A stretch of 64,000 bases of DNA. Origin: Desulfurococcaceae archaeon (lineage in GTDB: Archaea > Thermoproteota > Thermoprotei_A > Sulfolobales > Desulfurococcaceae). Shown here piece by piece: positions 1-10,165 of this stretch (positions are counted from its first letter, which is position 1; every line of letters begins with the position of its first letter). The notes under the pieces are model-generated. The model saw only the letters and a list, made by a program, of their open reading frames with translations, was not told the origin of the DNA and ran no database searches. Both the position numbers and the translations under genes were made by a program. The DNA is taken from assembly GCA_038816475.1 (NCBI GenBank), contig JAWBAI010000004.1:1-64000 (forward strand). The letters are read 5' to 3'.

Positions 1-8
1 AAAATTCA

Positions 9-1067
9 TTATCTTGGAGCATTAGTAGCCCTTCTGAGCAAATCCTCCCACATAGCGTCTACGTACTCCTGCAGAGCCTTAACGAGCTCTCTGTTCTCCG
101 GCTTTAGGAGGTGTCTGAATCTACCCTGGACTTCTAGGAACTTCTCTACTGGTTGTTTCAGCGACGGGTTTCTAGCTATGATAAGGCTTCTATCGGTTAA
201 TAGGTAGCCTGATTCAGGTGTCCATTCCCACAGTGGGAAATAGCACGTATCAACAGCTAACCTGAGAACCTCGATCGATATATCTTCGCTGTGTCTCCAC
301 CCGCGATCACAGCTACTCAGCGCATGAATGAACGCGGGTCCATTAACCTCCAGACCTTTTCTCACCTTCTTTATGAAGTCAACCCAGTGTGCTGGTGTAC
401 CCGTAGCAACATAGGGAATTCTGTGAGCTACCATGATCTCTGCTATTGGCTTTTTGCTCTCCATTTTACCCGGAAGCACAGATCCAACGGGTGTTGTCGT
501 TGTCCACGCGTACTTGGGTGTTCCTCCAGACCTCTGTATACCAGTGTTCATGTAAGCCTCGTTGTCGTAGAGTATGTAGAGAACATCGTGTCCACGCTCA
601 GCCATACCGCTCAGAGCCTGGAAGCCTATGTCGTAAGTACCACCGTCGCCGGCGAACACGACTACGTCCACTTGATCGTACTTTAATCTACCAGTCTTCT
701 TTAATGCTTTAATAGCAGCTTCAATACCGCTTGCTGTGGCAGCGGCGTTTTCGAAAGCGTTATGTATCCATGGTACAGCCCAGCTTGTATATGGGTATAT
801 TGATGTGGATACTTCGAGACACCCTGTTGCCGTTACAACTATTGTTGGCCCTCTAAAAGCGAAGGTGGCTAGCTTAACAACTATAGGTGCTGTGCACCCA
901 GCGCACATTCTATGTCCTGGTAGCATAGCCGATCTTCTCTGCTCAGCTAGTTGCCTAAGGTTAAATACTAGTGGCAGTTCTTGCTTAACACCGGGCTCGA
1001 ATATTAGGATCTTGTACGGTGGTTCTCCCTTCTTGACGGGTATTTCAGGTAGAGTTTTCACCACCAT
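9..1067 (-). CDS. porB: 2-oxoacid:ferredoxin oxidoreductase (POR/VOR type) beta subunit, TPP-binding
   Basis: CAGC, TGC, GDGG..DIG, YDNEAYMNTGIQRS motifs; last gene of a gamma-delta-alpha-beta operon. Confidence 0.93.
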   Translation of the reverse strand: MVVKTLPEIPVKKGEPPYKILIFEPGVKQELPLVFNLRQLAEQRRSAMLPGHRMCAGCTAPIVVKLATFAFRGPTIVVTATGCLEVSTSIYPYTSWAVPWIHNAFENAAATASGIEAAIKALKKTGRLKYDQVDVVVFAGDGGTYDIGFQALSGMAERGHDVLYILYDNEAYMNTGIQRSGGTPKYAWTTTTPVGSVLPGKMESKKPIAEIMVAHRIPYVATGTPAHWVDFIKKVRKGLEVNGPAFIHALSSCDRGWRHSEDISIEVLRLAVDTCYFPLWEWTPESGYLLTDRSLIIARNPSLKQPVEKFLEVQGRFRHLLKPENRELVKALQEYVDAMWEDLLRRATNAPR

Positions 1068-2332
1068 TACTCTCTCACCCCTAGGAACCGAACTCTTTCT
1101 TCCTCGGGTATGTAACCCCGCTTTAGGTCATCTAGAAGCTGATCAATCATTCTCGCAACAGAAGATGGAGGTAGGTCTCTTCCACCAAGACCATATACGT
1201 AGTTAACAGCTAATGGCTTGTTTTTGCTAGTGTAGATTGTTGCTACTACATCTAGGTAGAGTGGACCATAGCTACCTGGACTAAAGCCTTTATCCATTAC
1301 AGCTACGATACCGGCGTTTGCTAGGAGTTCTTTTACGTCTTTTCGGGGGAATGGTCTGTAGGACCTCACTCTGAGTAGTCCAACTTTTACGCCTTTTTCA
1401 CGGTACTTCTTTACAACACTACGAATAGTTCCAGCACTACTGCCCATGGCAACGATCACTACATCGGCGTCCTCGACAGCGTAGGGTTCTACGAGTCCAT
1501 TTCCATACCTTCTACCCGTTAGCTTGTACCACTCTTCGTTAACCTCTCTAATGACTTTTTCAGCTTTCTCCATGGCTTTAAACTGTGGTATTTTCATCTC
1601 GAAGTAGTAATCGTACAGTGCTAGTGGACCCATGGTTAATGGTCTCGCGGGGTTTAGTGAGTAATCTACGTCTTCGTCGTAGTAGTCGACTCTTACCTTT
1701 GCAACTTTTCTCGGTCCACCTATGAACTCGTAAACGACGTTGTCGGGTAGTACGTATATGTTCTCGAGAGTGTGACTTAGGAAGAACCCATCCAAGTGCA
1801 CCGATACGGGTAGCTGTACTTCCTCGTGCTCGGCTATTCTGAATGCTTGAATAGTTGTATCGTAGGTTTCTTGAACGTTCTCTGCAAAGAGCATTATCCA
1901 ACCGGAGTCTCTCATCAAGTAAGCATCGCTGTGGTCGTTGTGAATGTTGATTGGTGCTGAGAGTGCTCTGTTTACAACAGCCATGACTATGGGAAGTCGT
2001 AGACCGGACGCTATGTAGAGTATCTCAACCATTAGTGCTAATCCCTGTGAAGATGTTGCAGTGAATGCACGAGCACCAGCAGCTGCTGCCCCTACGCACG
2101 CGCTCATAGCAGAGTGCTCGGATTCTACAGCTATGAACTCTGTGTGTACTTCTCCATCGGCTACATACTCCGAGAATTTTTCAACGATTATTGTCTGAGG
2201 TGTTATAGGGTACGCGGAGACAACATCAACGTAGCACTGCTTTAATGCGTACGCTACAGCCTCATCCCCGTTGACATTGATCAACTGCTGTTTCTCCCTG
2301 GGGCACTTGGGTACAACTTCCACGAGGCTCAT
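1067..2332 (-). CDS. porA: POR/VOR-type alpha subunit
   Basis: AYPITPQT, VESEHSA, TATSSQGL, RSYRPFP, YGLGGRD motifs. Confidence 0.93.
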   Translation of the reverse strand: MSLVEVVPKCPREKQQLINVNGDEAVAYALKQCYVDVVSAYPITPQTIIVEKFSEYVADGEVHTEFIAVESEHSAMSACVGAAAAGARAFTATSSQGLALMVEILYIASGLRLPIVMAVVNRALSAPINIHNDHSDAYLMRDSGWIMLFAENVQETYDTTIQAFRIAEHEEVQLPVSVHLDGFFLSHTLENIYVLPDNVVYEFIGGPRKVAKVRVDYYDEDVDYSLNPARPLTMGPLALYDYYFEMKIPQFKAMEKAEKVIREVNEEWYKLTGRRYGNGLVEPYAVEDADVVIVAMGSSAGTIRSVVKKYREKGVKVGLLRVRSYRPFPRKDVKELLANAGIVAVMDKGFSPGSYGPLYLDVVATIYTSKNKPLAVNYVYGLGGRDLPPSSVARMIDQLLDDLKRGYIPEEERVRFLGVRE

Positions 2333-2619
2333 AACCTTTCACCCTCGAACTCTGGAACCATAGTAATAGCCTTTACTGGACACTCGTGAGCGCATATTCC
2401 ACAGCCTTTGCAGTAATCGTAGTTCACTCGAACGTTTTCTCCATCCCATATTATAGCCATATCCGGGCAGAAGAGCCAGCATATTAAGCACCTAGTACAC
2501 TTGTTCTGGTCTATTACAGGTCTCAGAGCTCTCCAATCTCCTGTTTTATAGTCTGTTGATAGCCTGAAAGTAACTCCGCCCATTGGAAGCTCCTTCCAAG
2601 TTCTGAGATGACTTGTCAT
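2329..2619 (-). CDS. porD: POR/VOR-type delta subunit (2x[4Fe-4S])
   Basis: KTGDWR..RP, CxxCxxCxxxCP and YDYCKGCGICAHECP. Confidence 0.93.
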   Translation of the reverse strand: MTSHLRTWKELPMGGVTFRLSTDYKTGDWRALRPVIDQNKCTRCLICWLFCPDMAIIWDGENVRVNYDYCKGCGICAHECPVKAITMVPEFEGERL

Positions 2620-2622
2620 AGA

Positions 2623-3183
2623 CTACACCTCCACGGCTTCTCTAAGAGAAGCATTTATTAAAGCTACGTTTTTCTCTGCTACGGGACCGCTAAATCTCTC
2701 CCTAATGGCTTTTTCAACGCTCTCAAGTTTCACGATATCTACCTTGACAAGACCAGCTAGCATAGCTGTGTTTGTTATCCTTGTTTTCAGCATCTCGAAC
2801 GCTAGTTTCGATGCAGGAATTAGCACTACTCTGTAATCTCCCTTCTTAATACCAAGTTTCTCGAGAACAGTGCTTACTTCGCCAGTATAGTTGGATATTA
2901 TGATACCGTTTGGTTTAAGACCGGCTAGTAATCCTGGTGAGAGCAGTGTGTAGTCTAGTACGACCACGATGTCGGGTTCGTACACCATGCTATGGATTTC
3001 TATTGGTTCATCGCTTATTCTCGTAAAACTCAGAACCGGGGCTCCGGACCTTTCGGGGCCAAACGCTGGAAAGCTCTGCACGTACTTTCCTTCATATGAA
3101 GCAGCCATTGCTGCTAAGTTACTTGCAGTCCATCCTCCTTGTCCTCCTCTACTATGCCATCTAATTTCCACAAGCATGGCCAT
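2623..3183 (-). CDS. porG: POR/VOR-type gamma subunit
   Basis: EIRWHSRGGQG, FGPERSGAPV, NTAMLAG. Confidence 0.93.
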   Translation of the reverse strand: MAMLVEIRWHSRGGQGGWTASNLAAMAASYEGKYVQSFPAFGPERSGAPVLSFTRISDEPIEIHSMVYEPDIVVVLDYTLLSPGLLAGLKPNGIIISNYTGEVSTVLEKLGIKKGDYRVVLIPASKLAFEMLKTRITNTAMLAGLVKVDIVKLESVEKAIRERFSGPVAEKNVALINASLREAVEV

Positions 3184-3382
3184 AAGACACCATACGCATC
3201 ATTCTTAATACTATTTTGTGTGGACTATATAAGTAGGATTTTAATGAGAGTTCCAACTGATCAGAGTTTAGCTGATAGAAGTCAATTAATCACGTGTTAT
3301 ATATACGGTAACTAGACGTATGTATGAAACAAAAGCGATATATACCTTGGTCTTAGTTTTAATCAATGGTACAAAAACGTAG

Positions 3383-3658
3383 TTGAGGGAGCGCTTTAAG
3401 GTGTTTACGAGCTCTGCTGGTATTTTATCAAAAGCGAACGCAAGGTACGCGGTCCACATTGTACTTGATAGATGTAAGGAATGCGGCTTGTGTATATCAG
3501 TATGCCCTGTCAAGGTACTTGCAAAATCTACTACTCCGAATAAATACGGGTACTATCCACCAGATCCTGTTAACATCGAGAAATGCATAGGTTGTCGTCT
3601 CTGTGAATACAACTGTCCGGATTTTGCAGTTTTCGTTACAGAGGTGAGAGCTAGTTGA
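3383..3658 (+). CDS. korD: 2-oxoglutarate-type oxidoreductase delta subunit (ferredoxin-like)
   Basis: two CxxCxxCxxxCP motifs, CPDFAV ending; first gene of an operon divergent from por; start uncertain. Confidence 0.85.
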   Translation: MRERFKVFTSSAGILSKANARYAVHIVLDRCKECGLCISVCPVKVLAKSTTPNKYGYYPPDPVNIEKCIGCRLCEYNCPDFAVFVTEVRAS

Positions 3659-4773
3659 AGAAGGTGTTCGTATCAGGGAATATAGCGATCGCCGAGGGTG
3701 CTATAACAGCTGGTTTAAAGTTCTACGCAGGGTATCCGATAACACCGAGCTCCGAGATAATGGAGTATCTTGCAGAGAAGCTACCGAGGCACGGTGGTGT
3801 GGTCGTACAGTTCGAGGATGAGATAGCGTCTATGAATGCTGCTATAGGCGCCTCATGGGCAGGTGCTAAGTCTATGACTGCTACCTCGGGCCCGGGATTA
3901 TCTCTGATGGCTGAAGCTGTTGGACTAGCCGTGATCACGGAAACTCCAGTAGTTATCGTGAACGTTATGCGTGCCGGTCCCAGCACAGGAGTTCCAACAA
4001 AAACTTCTCAATCTGATGTACTCCAGGCAAGATGGCTTGCGCACGGTGATTACATAGTTCCTATCTACGCGCCTTGGAATGTTCAGGAAGCGTACGATTT
4101 AACCATAAAAGCCTTCAATACAGCGGAGAAGCTGAGAACACCGGTAATACTACTAAGCGACGCTGTAATAGCACATACGTGGGAACCACTGGACATTTAC
4201 GAGCCTGGAGAGGTGGAGATAGCCTATAGGAAGATCCCCAAAGCAAAAAGCCCCGTTCTTCCCTACAAGCCTGATGCAGACTTGATACCACCTATGCCGG
4301 TCTTTGGACACGGGTTCAAGTCTATAGTTGAATCGCTTATTCACGACGAGAAAGGCTTCTATGCACCTAATAACGAAGCTTATCGTACTTTGGTGAAAAG
4401 ACTGATTCTCAAGATCATAAAGAACATGGATTACATATTCGATTATGAAGGACGATACCTGGAAGACTCTGATGTCGTTCTAGTATCGTACGGTTCAACG
4501 TCTAGAACAGTTTACATTGCAACCAGGGAACTGAGGAAACGTGGAGTAAGAGCAGGCTTCTTGAGATTAAAAACTCTTTGGCCCCTGGACTCAGAAAAAC
4601 TCGTATCTGAATGTAAAGCTAAGAAGATAATTGTCGTTGAAAACAACATGGGTAAACTATACATGGATTTCGAAAGGATATTCAGAGATCGCGAGGTGAT
4701 CCCAGCCCCGGTTCTCAGCCTAGATCTCCCCACGGTGGATGAAGTACTAAGAGAGGTGGAAGTATGGCTGTAG
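3655..4773 (+). CDS. korA: 2-oxoacid:ferredoxin oxidoreductase alpha subunit (KOR type)
   Basis: AGYPITPSSEI, QFEDEIAS, TATSGPG, RAGPSTGVPT. Confidence 0.9.
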   Translation: MKKVFVSGNIAIAEGAITAGLKFYAGYPITPSSEIMEYLAEKLPRHGGVVVQFEDEIASMNAAIGASWAGAKSMTATSGPGLSLMAEAVGLAVITETPVVIVNVMRAGPSTGVPTKTSQSDVLQARWLAHGDYIVPIYAPWNVQEAYDLTIKAFNTAEKLRTPVILLSDAVIAHTWEPLDIYEPGEVEIAYRKIPKAKSPVLPYKPDADLIPPMPVFGHGFKSIVESLIHDEKGFYAPNNEAYRTLVKRLILKIIKNMDYIFDYEGRYLEDSDVVLVSYGSTSRTVYIATRELRKRGVRAGFLRLKTLWPLDSEKLVSECKAKKIIVVENNMGKLYMDFERIFRDREVIPAPVLSLDLPTVDEVLREVEVWL

Positions 4774-5597
4774 ATAAGAGGCTAGCACATCCTCTCGATC
4801 AGCACTTGAGATTAGAGAGAATACCAACTCTGTACTGCCCGGGCTGTGGTATAGGAGTTGGACTTGGAGCTATGCTGAGAGCTCTTGATAAAAGAATACG
4901 TGAAGGCTCCATAAACCCTGACAAGGTAGCATGGGTAGGTGGAATAGGTTGTTCAGCCAGAGCTGTTTTCTACGTAAACTACGATGCTGCGCACGTGCTT
5001 CACGGGCGAGCCATACCATTTGCTGAGGGATTAGTGCTCGCAAACCCAGAGCTCACGGTTATTGTGGTTGGTGGTGATGGCGATATTGCTGGTATTGGTG
5101 GAAACCACCTAGTACACGCAGCTAAAAGGAACATTGACATGATCGTGGTGATGTTTACAAACTTCGTGTATGCAATGACGGGAGGTCAAGTTGCTCCTAC
5201 AACACCACGTGGAGTAAAAACAACAACAACCCCCCGTGGTAATCCGGAGTATCCTTTAAACGTCATAAAGCTAGTTGCATCCTTGAACGCTAACTACGTT
5301 GCAAGAGCAAGCTCAACAACACCTCACTACATTGAGCAGTTCTTCTATAAAGCTCTTGGAATGAAGGGGTTCCGCTTCATAGAAATAGTTTCCACGTGTC
5401 CAGAGATTTACGGAAGGCACATAGGGTTACGTGACCCCGTGGAAATGTACAATGAGCTTAGAAAACGCGTAAAGTACAAGCAGAAACCAAGTATCGAGGA
5501 AGCAGAAATAGACTGGGAAAAAGGAATTATTATAGGAGAGTTTATTGAGAGAAATAACCCATCATTCCACGAGATACTAAAAGGGGAAGGCGGTTGA
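4764..5597 (+). CDS. korB: 2-oxoacid:ferredoxin oxidoreductase beta subunit (KOR type)
   Basis: CPGCG, GIGCS, HGRA, GGDGD..GIGGNH, MTGGQ.APTT. Confidence 0.9.
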   Translation: MAVDKRLAHPLDQHLRLERIPTLYCPGCGIGVGLGAMLRALDKRIREGSINPDKVAWVGGIGCSARAVFYVNYDAAHVLHGRAIPFAEGLVLANPELTVIVVGGDGDIAGIGGNHLVHAAKRNIDMIVVMFTNFVYAMTGGQVAPTTPRGVKTTTTPRGNPEYPLNVIKLVASLNANYVARASSTTPHYIEQFFYKALGMKGFRFIEIVSTCPEIYGRHIGLRDPVEMYNELRKRVKYKQKPSIEEAEIDWEKGIIIGEFIERNNPSFHEILKGEGG

Positions 5598-6130
5598 AGT
5601 ACGAAATACTGATCGTTGGTAGAGGAGGTCAAGGTGTCTTGCTATTCGGAAGAGTGCTGGGTCTTGCCGCAAGCAAGTACGCAAACCTATACGCTGTTGT
5701 AACGGAGAGTTATGCAGCTGAAACACGTGGCGGAGAAAGCAGGTCTGATGTCATAATCGCGAACTCAATGGAGGAGATACCCTACGTTAAAGTAACCGAA
5801 CCTGACATAGCTGTTTTTCTCTATCCATTCAAAATACAGTACTACAAGTCGATACTAAAGCAAAAAACACTCGTTGTTGTAGATGAGGAGTACGTGCCAT
5901 CGGATTTATTCAAGGAATTTAGAGTTGTATCAAAGAGATTCAGCGAATTAGCAGAAAAAAACGTAGGCACACGACGTGTAGCAAACGTAGTAATATTGGG
6001 TAGGATTCTAAGAGAAATAAAAGTTCTAGGGTTCGACCACGTTAAGAAAGCTATAGAAGAGGTCGTGCCAGCGGCATGGATACAGCTAAATCTGAAAGCA
6101 CTCGACCTGGGATACAATACCCTAGATTAA
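5594..6130 (+). CDS. korC: 2-oxoacid:ferredoxin oxidoreductase gamma subunit (KOR type)
   Basis: GRGGQG, SYAAETRGGESRSDV, NVVILG. Confidence 0.88.
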   Translation: MKYEILIVGRGGQGVLLFGRVLGLAASKYANLYAVVTESYAAETRGGESRSDVIIANSMEEIPYVKVTEPDIAVFLYPFKIQYYKSILKQKTLVVVDEEYVPSDLFKEFRVVSKRFSELAEKNVGTRRVANVVILGRILREIKVLGFDHVKKAIEEVVPAAWIQLNLKALDLGYNTLD

Positions 6131-6181
6131 GGCATAGCTTTTAAGATAGCCTTTGCAACGATCTTCTGGGTAGCGGGGAGT

Positions 6182-6778
6182 TCACCGGAAGAGCATCCGG
6201 TGAACGTACTCGTAGCCTTTCCTGTAGGCTTCGAGAGATGTTGCAGCGACTTTTTCTGGCAAAGTCTTTTTAATAGCATATGTTATGGTTTCATCGGTGA
6301 ACAGCCTTGAAAGAGCATTAAATCCGCCTAGAATGACCATGTTCAACGCTCGCGGGTTACCAGCTTCTACAGCTATCTTTCTAGCGGGTATGATCACAGC
6401 GGAGGGAATTGACGACTTTAACTTATCTAGGGTCTCGAGTCTAGTACGTATTGTAGGTGTGATGCTCGCTTGGAGAGGTGGTTTGTACTCGTCTGCTATG
6501 ATCGCTATTCCGTTCTCGGAGAGGTAGTGGATGTTTCTTAAAGACTCGAAAAGCTCTAATCCCAGGAGATAGTCGGCTTCTCCTGGCGTAAATGTGGGTG
6601 ATCTCACCTCGACTCCTAACCCGAGTCTAACGTAGCTTACGACACTTCCGTACCTTTGAGCCATACCTAGGGTTTCACCGGTTCGCACGCTCCAACCCGA
6701 CATTACAGCGGCTTCAGCTAAAACTCTCGCTAGCGTTAAGCCCCCCTGACCACCAACAGATGCTATTAGAATGTTCAC
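6182..6778 (-). CDS. iorB: indolepyruvate:ferredoxin oxidoreductase beta subunit
   Basis: VGGQG, GMAQRYGSV; start moved to GTG at 6778 behind a GGAGG SD because the track's longer ORF overlaps iorA. Confidence 0.9.
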   Translation of the reverse strand: MNILIASVGGQGGLTLARVLAEAAVMSGWSVRTGETLGMAQRYGSVVSYVRLGLGVEVRSPTFTPGEADYLLGLELFESLRNIHYLSENGIAIIADEYKPPLQASITPTIRTRLETLDKLKSSIPSAVIIPARKIAVEAGNPRALNMVILGGFNALSRLFTDETITYAIKKTLPEKVAATSLEAYRKGYEYVHRMLFR

Positions 6779-6797
6779 GACTTTCCTCCACACGAAG

Positions 6798-8627
6798 CTA
6801 CATCCCCTGAGTAATGGCCTTGTAAGGGCAAAACCTTGCGCAGAGTCCACATCCATTGCAATCCTCAGGGATAATGTGTGCTTTGCCATCCTCCATGTAG
6901 AGCGCTGGACACCCCGTCACCACTACGCAAGCTCTACATCCTTTGCACAGAGTTTCGTTAACCATGTACCTGGTCTTAGTACCATGCCTTCTAGCTTCCA
7001 GTAGCGCACACGGATGCCTGGATACCACTACTCTAACACCTCGCTTGCTCAGCATATCCTTTAGGACTTTGACAAGGGCGTCGAAGTCGTAGGAATCTAC
7101 GATTACAAGGTTATCGGGACCTATCGCTTCGATTAAGGCTTCGAGGTGTACGGGTTTAAGCTGTCTACCAGTTTCACTGGTAATCCATGAAGGCGTGGAC
7201 TGATGCCCTGTCATAGCTACTACTCCATTGTCGAGCACCAGTACCAGCACATCAATTCTCTTATTGACAGCTTCTATTAGTGATTGTATACCAGCGTGGT
7301 AGAACGTAGAATCACCGATAACAGCTACAACGGGTTTATCGTAGCCCGCGAGCTTAAGCCCCGTAGCCATGGAGATACTGGCTCCCATGCTATGCTCTGT
7401 CCACAGCATGCTTATAGGAGGATAAACAGCGAGAGCGTAACAACCGATATCTCCAATAATGGGTACCTCGTCTAGCTTTAATCCTTTCTCAGAGATAGCT
7501 CGTTTAAGAGCTATGAAGGTAAACCTGTGTGGACATCCAGGACATAGAGGCGGAGGTCTCGATGGTACAGGTATATGCTTGTAAACTGATTTAGGCGGAT
7601 GCAGTCCTAGTGCTGAAGCAACTACCTCGTGGTTTAGTTCACCCTCTAGGGGAATGTTTCTCGACGCTTTTCCCTTCACGGGTATTAAAACACCAGCTTC
7701 ATAGAGAACCACTTTTAGGTTCTCTTCAACATAGGGGTCAAGCTCTTCGACAACAAGAATCTCTTTGCAGTTCTTGAGATTATCTAAAATGAATCTTCGT
7801 GGAAACGGGTACAGCAATCCGAGTTTAACTATTCTTACATCAAGACCGTGCTTCTCCACGATCTCGGCTACGTAGTTGTAAGCAGAACCCTCAGTAACTA
7901 CGCATACATCACCTGTACCCCTGCACACGTTCAGACCATACTTTTCAGATATCTCTTCAACTCGTTCTAGTTGCTTATTTAACCATTTATGCCTTTCAAG
8001 GTTCCACATCATTCCTGCTCTTACGTAGCGTTCAACGTCCTTGACGAGTTTTCTGAATTTTCGCGGTTTCTCGAGTTCGCCGAAGACAACTTCTCCAACT
8101 GTGTGATTTACCCGTGTAGTTGTCCGGAGAATCACGGGTAGTGAGAGCTCTTCGCTGATCTCAGCAGCTGTTTTCACATAGTCCTTTGCTTCCTGGGGTG
8201 TGGAAGGGGAGATCATCGGTATTTTCGCGAGCTTTGCATACCATCTACTATCCTGTTCTGTTTGGGTAGTGTGGGGACCAGGGTCATCCGCTACTAGTAC
8301 GACAAGTCCTCCGTCCACACCTGAGTATGCAGCTGAGAGTAGGGGGTCTGATGCTACGTTTAAACCAGGAGCTTTCATTGTTACCATTGCGCGGGCTCCG
8401 CTTATTGCAGCACCATATGCTATTTCAAATGCCACTCTTTCGTTAACTGCCCATTCTACATATATGTCAAGGTTTTTGCTGTGTTCTTGTAACGTCATTA
8501 TGACTTCACTAGAAGGCGTTCCAGGATAGCCTGTAACCACGTATACTCCAGCTTCAAGCACACCGCGAGCTATGGCTTCGTTACCCAGTAGTGCTACTCT
8601 GCTCCCTGGAGGTAGAAGTATGCTCAA
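6798..8627 (-). CDS. iorA: indolepyruvate:ferredoxin oxidoreductase alpha subunit
   Basis: GNEAIARG, GYPGTPS, DDPG, LCPGCPHR, GDIGCY, GDSTF, C-terminal 2x[4Fe-4S]. Confidence 0.93.
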   Translation of the reverse strand: MSILLPPGSRVALLGNEAIARGVLEAGVYVVTGYPGTPSSEVIMTLQEHSKNLDIYVEWAVNERVAFEIAYGAAISGARAMVTMKAPGLNVASDPLLSAAYSGVDGGLVVLVADDPGPHTTQTEQDSRWYAKLAKIPMISPSTPQEAKDYVKTAAEISEELSLPVILRTTTRVNHTVGEVVFGELEKPRKFRKLVKDVERYVRAGMMWNLERHKWLNKQLERVEEISEKYGLNVCRGTGDVCVVTEGSAYNYVAEIVEKHGLDVRIVKLGLLYPFPRRFILDNLKNCKEILVVEELDPYVEENLKVVLYEAGVLIPVKGKASRNIPLEGELNHEVVASALGLHPPKSVYKHIPVPSRPPPLCPGCPHRFTFIALKRAISEKGLKLDEVPIIGDIGCYALAVYPPISMLWTEHSMGASISMATGLKLAGYDKPVVAVIGDSTFYHAGIQSLIEAVNKRIDVLVLVLDNGVVAMTGHQSTPSWITSETGRQLKPVHLEALIEAIGPDNLVIVDSYDFDALVKVLKDMLSKRGVRVVVSRHPCALLEARRHGTKTRYMVNETLCKGCRACVVVTGCPALYMEDGKAHIIPEDCNGCGLCARFCPYKAITQGM

Positions 8628-8684
8628 GTCTTTAACCCATTGAAAACAATGAATATCAAGGGTAATAGTGCTGAGATCTGAAAA

Positions 8685-8987
8685 CTATTTTTCTTTCTTT
8701 TCAGTTTCAGGTTGCTTCTGCTGTTTTTCCTCCTGCTCGAGCTTCTTGAGTTCTTCTTCTATTTCCTTTTCTATTTCTTCTATTGGCTTAGGAGGAGGCG
8801 TCGTAGCCAGCGTGTATCCTATCCAGGCTAGTATTCCGAGAACAGCCACTACGGCAATGGTCAAAGTCAGCTTTACTATGATCTTGGAAAGCTCTTCGTT
8901 GGCGAACCACATTAACCATACGTATATGATAACTACAGCTACGGAGGCTGCGAACAGTAACCACCCAATGAGCTGATCTCTACTCAT
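8685..8987 (-). CDS. small conserved archaeal membrane protein (2 TM plus acidic coiled tail)
   Basis: two hydrophobic helices, then WIGYTLATTPPPKPIEEIEKE. Confidence 0.75.
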   Translation of the reverse strand: MSRDQLIGWLLFAASVAVVIIYVWLMWFANEELSKIIVKLTLTIAVVAVLGILAWIGYTLATTPPPKPIEEIEKEIEEELKKLEQEEKQQKQPETEKKEK

Positions 8988-9081
8988 ACTATATCACTTG
9001 TTTAACGTTGTACTACTTTAGTATACAACCTCCGCTAAGTTAATAAATTTTGAGTTCACGATGAAAATGAAAGCGCTATTT

Positions 9082-9282
9082 TTAGCCGAGTTCAGCTACT
9101 ACTTCGGCATTAATGATTTTTGCTTTTCCACCGGTGGGTTCTACAAGTTGAATACCACAAACTTTACAACGAGCTCTGAATGTTGCATGGCTGAATATTA
9201 CGTTCTCCGCACCGCAGTTCCTGCATACCACTTTGTAAAATCTACTCTTAGGCATCGGGATGAGTATTCTTCTTTTCTTCAT
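9082..9282 (-). CDS. rps27e: 30S ribosomal protein S27e
   Basis: PKSRF..V.C..C....IFSHA...C..CG..L..PTGGKA. Confidence 0.96.
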   Translation of the reverse strand: MKKRRILIPMPKSRFYKVVCRNCGAENVIFSHATFRARCKVCGIQLVEPTGGKAKIINAEVVAELG

Positions 9283-9572
9283 TACTTAGACACCTCTGCA
9301 AGTTCCGCTTTCTTTAGCCTAATACCCTTTCTATGAAGTATGTACCCGCACTTCTTGCATTTCAATTTGAGTACTACTTTTTTTGTTACTTTTGCAAATC
9401 TCTTCTGCTCGGGTTTTCTCTTGGATCCGTAGCCTTTCTTCTTCCTGGCGTATCTTCTCTCACCTTCAGCAAGGCTTCTTCTCTTGCCGTGTTTATACAC
9501 AGTTACACTATGCTCTGTGTGTGTTCTACACCGGGGACAGTATGTTGTTATTACTGTTGGGTACCTAGCCAT
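9282..9572 (-). CDS. rpl44e: 50S ribosomal protein L44e
   Basis: TYCPRC..HT.H, GERRY.RK..GYG, K.TKK..L.LKC..CG. Confidence 0.96.
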   Translation of the reverse strand: MARYPTVITTYCPRCRTHTEHSVTVYKHGKRRSLAEGERRYARKKKGYGSKRKPEQKRFAKVTKKVVLKLKCKKCGYILHRKGIRLKKAELAEVSK

Positions 9573-9631
9573 AGTGCATCATCTAAGCATTACTACTACT
9601 CCGAGATAATGCTAAGGTGTTATAAATTTGT

Positions 9632-10165
9632 TTAAAGCTTGGATCGCTTTAAGCCGGCTAGGTATGCTAAGTAGTTCGTTGTAATGTGAAGTACGAGTAT
9701 GAGTATTAACGATAAGACTACGTATGAAAGCTTCAGCGTAAACTCTGGCAATCCGAGCGTATAGTAGTATAGCGTGGATGCTAGAGCAAAATCCAGTTGA
9801 TCTAGTGGTATAAACGGCTCACCGGGTTTCAATCCAAGCCTTCTCTTGATGAAAGCACCCAGAAGATCTCCGAGTAAAGCAAACGCTCCAGCACCTAGAG
9901 ATACTAAGGGGTAACCAGGGTCTAGAGTAAAGTAAGCAATGATACTACCAGCCATGTAAGCCCCCGTTAGACCACTCAGCAACCCTTCCCAGGTCTTGTT
10001 TCTACCAAGCAATGGTTTACCATCAATAAACACTATACCCCTGTCTACACGGCATCTTCCTTCAATCAAAACAGGCATAGCATTAGCGATCATAGGTGGT
10101 AGGTAGTACTTCAAAAACCACGTGGCGAAATCGCTAGGTTCTATCAAGCCATTTGACACCCTCAT
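9632..10165 (-). CDS. carS: CDP-archaeol synthase
   Basis: AN..P, LG.NKTWEG, GDL..AFIKRRLG, P.DQLDF, LH..TN; start uncertain. Confidence 0.9.
   Translation of the reverse strand: MRVSNGLIEPSDFATWFLKYYLPPMIANAMPVLIEGRCRVDRGIVFIDGKPLLGRNKTWEGLLSGLTGAYMAGSIIAYFTLDPGYPLVSLGAGAFALLGDLLGAFIKRRLGLKPGEPFIPLDQLDFALASTLYYYTLGLPEFTLKLSYVVLSLILILVLHITTNYLAYLAGLKRSKL

Noticed and set aside
6779-6889. N-terminal extension of iorB in the ORF track
   Set aside because: Overlaps the iorA 3' end; a GTG with SD at 6778 matches the family start
8668-8976. Plus-strand 102-aa ORF and the many other antisense or alternate-frame ORFs in the track
   Set aside because: Overlap well-supported genes, lack motifs, and have typical antisense composition
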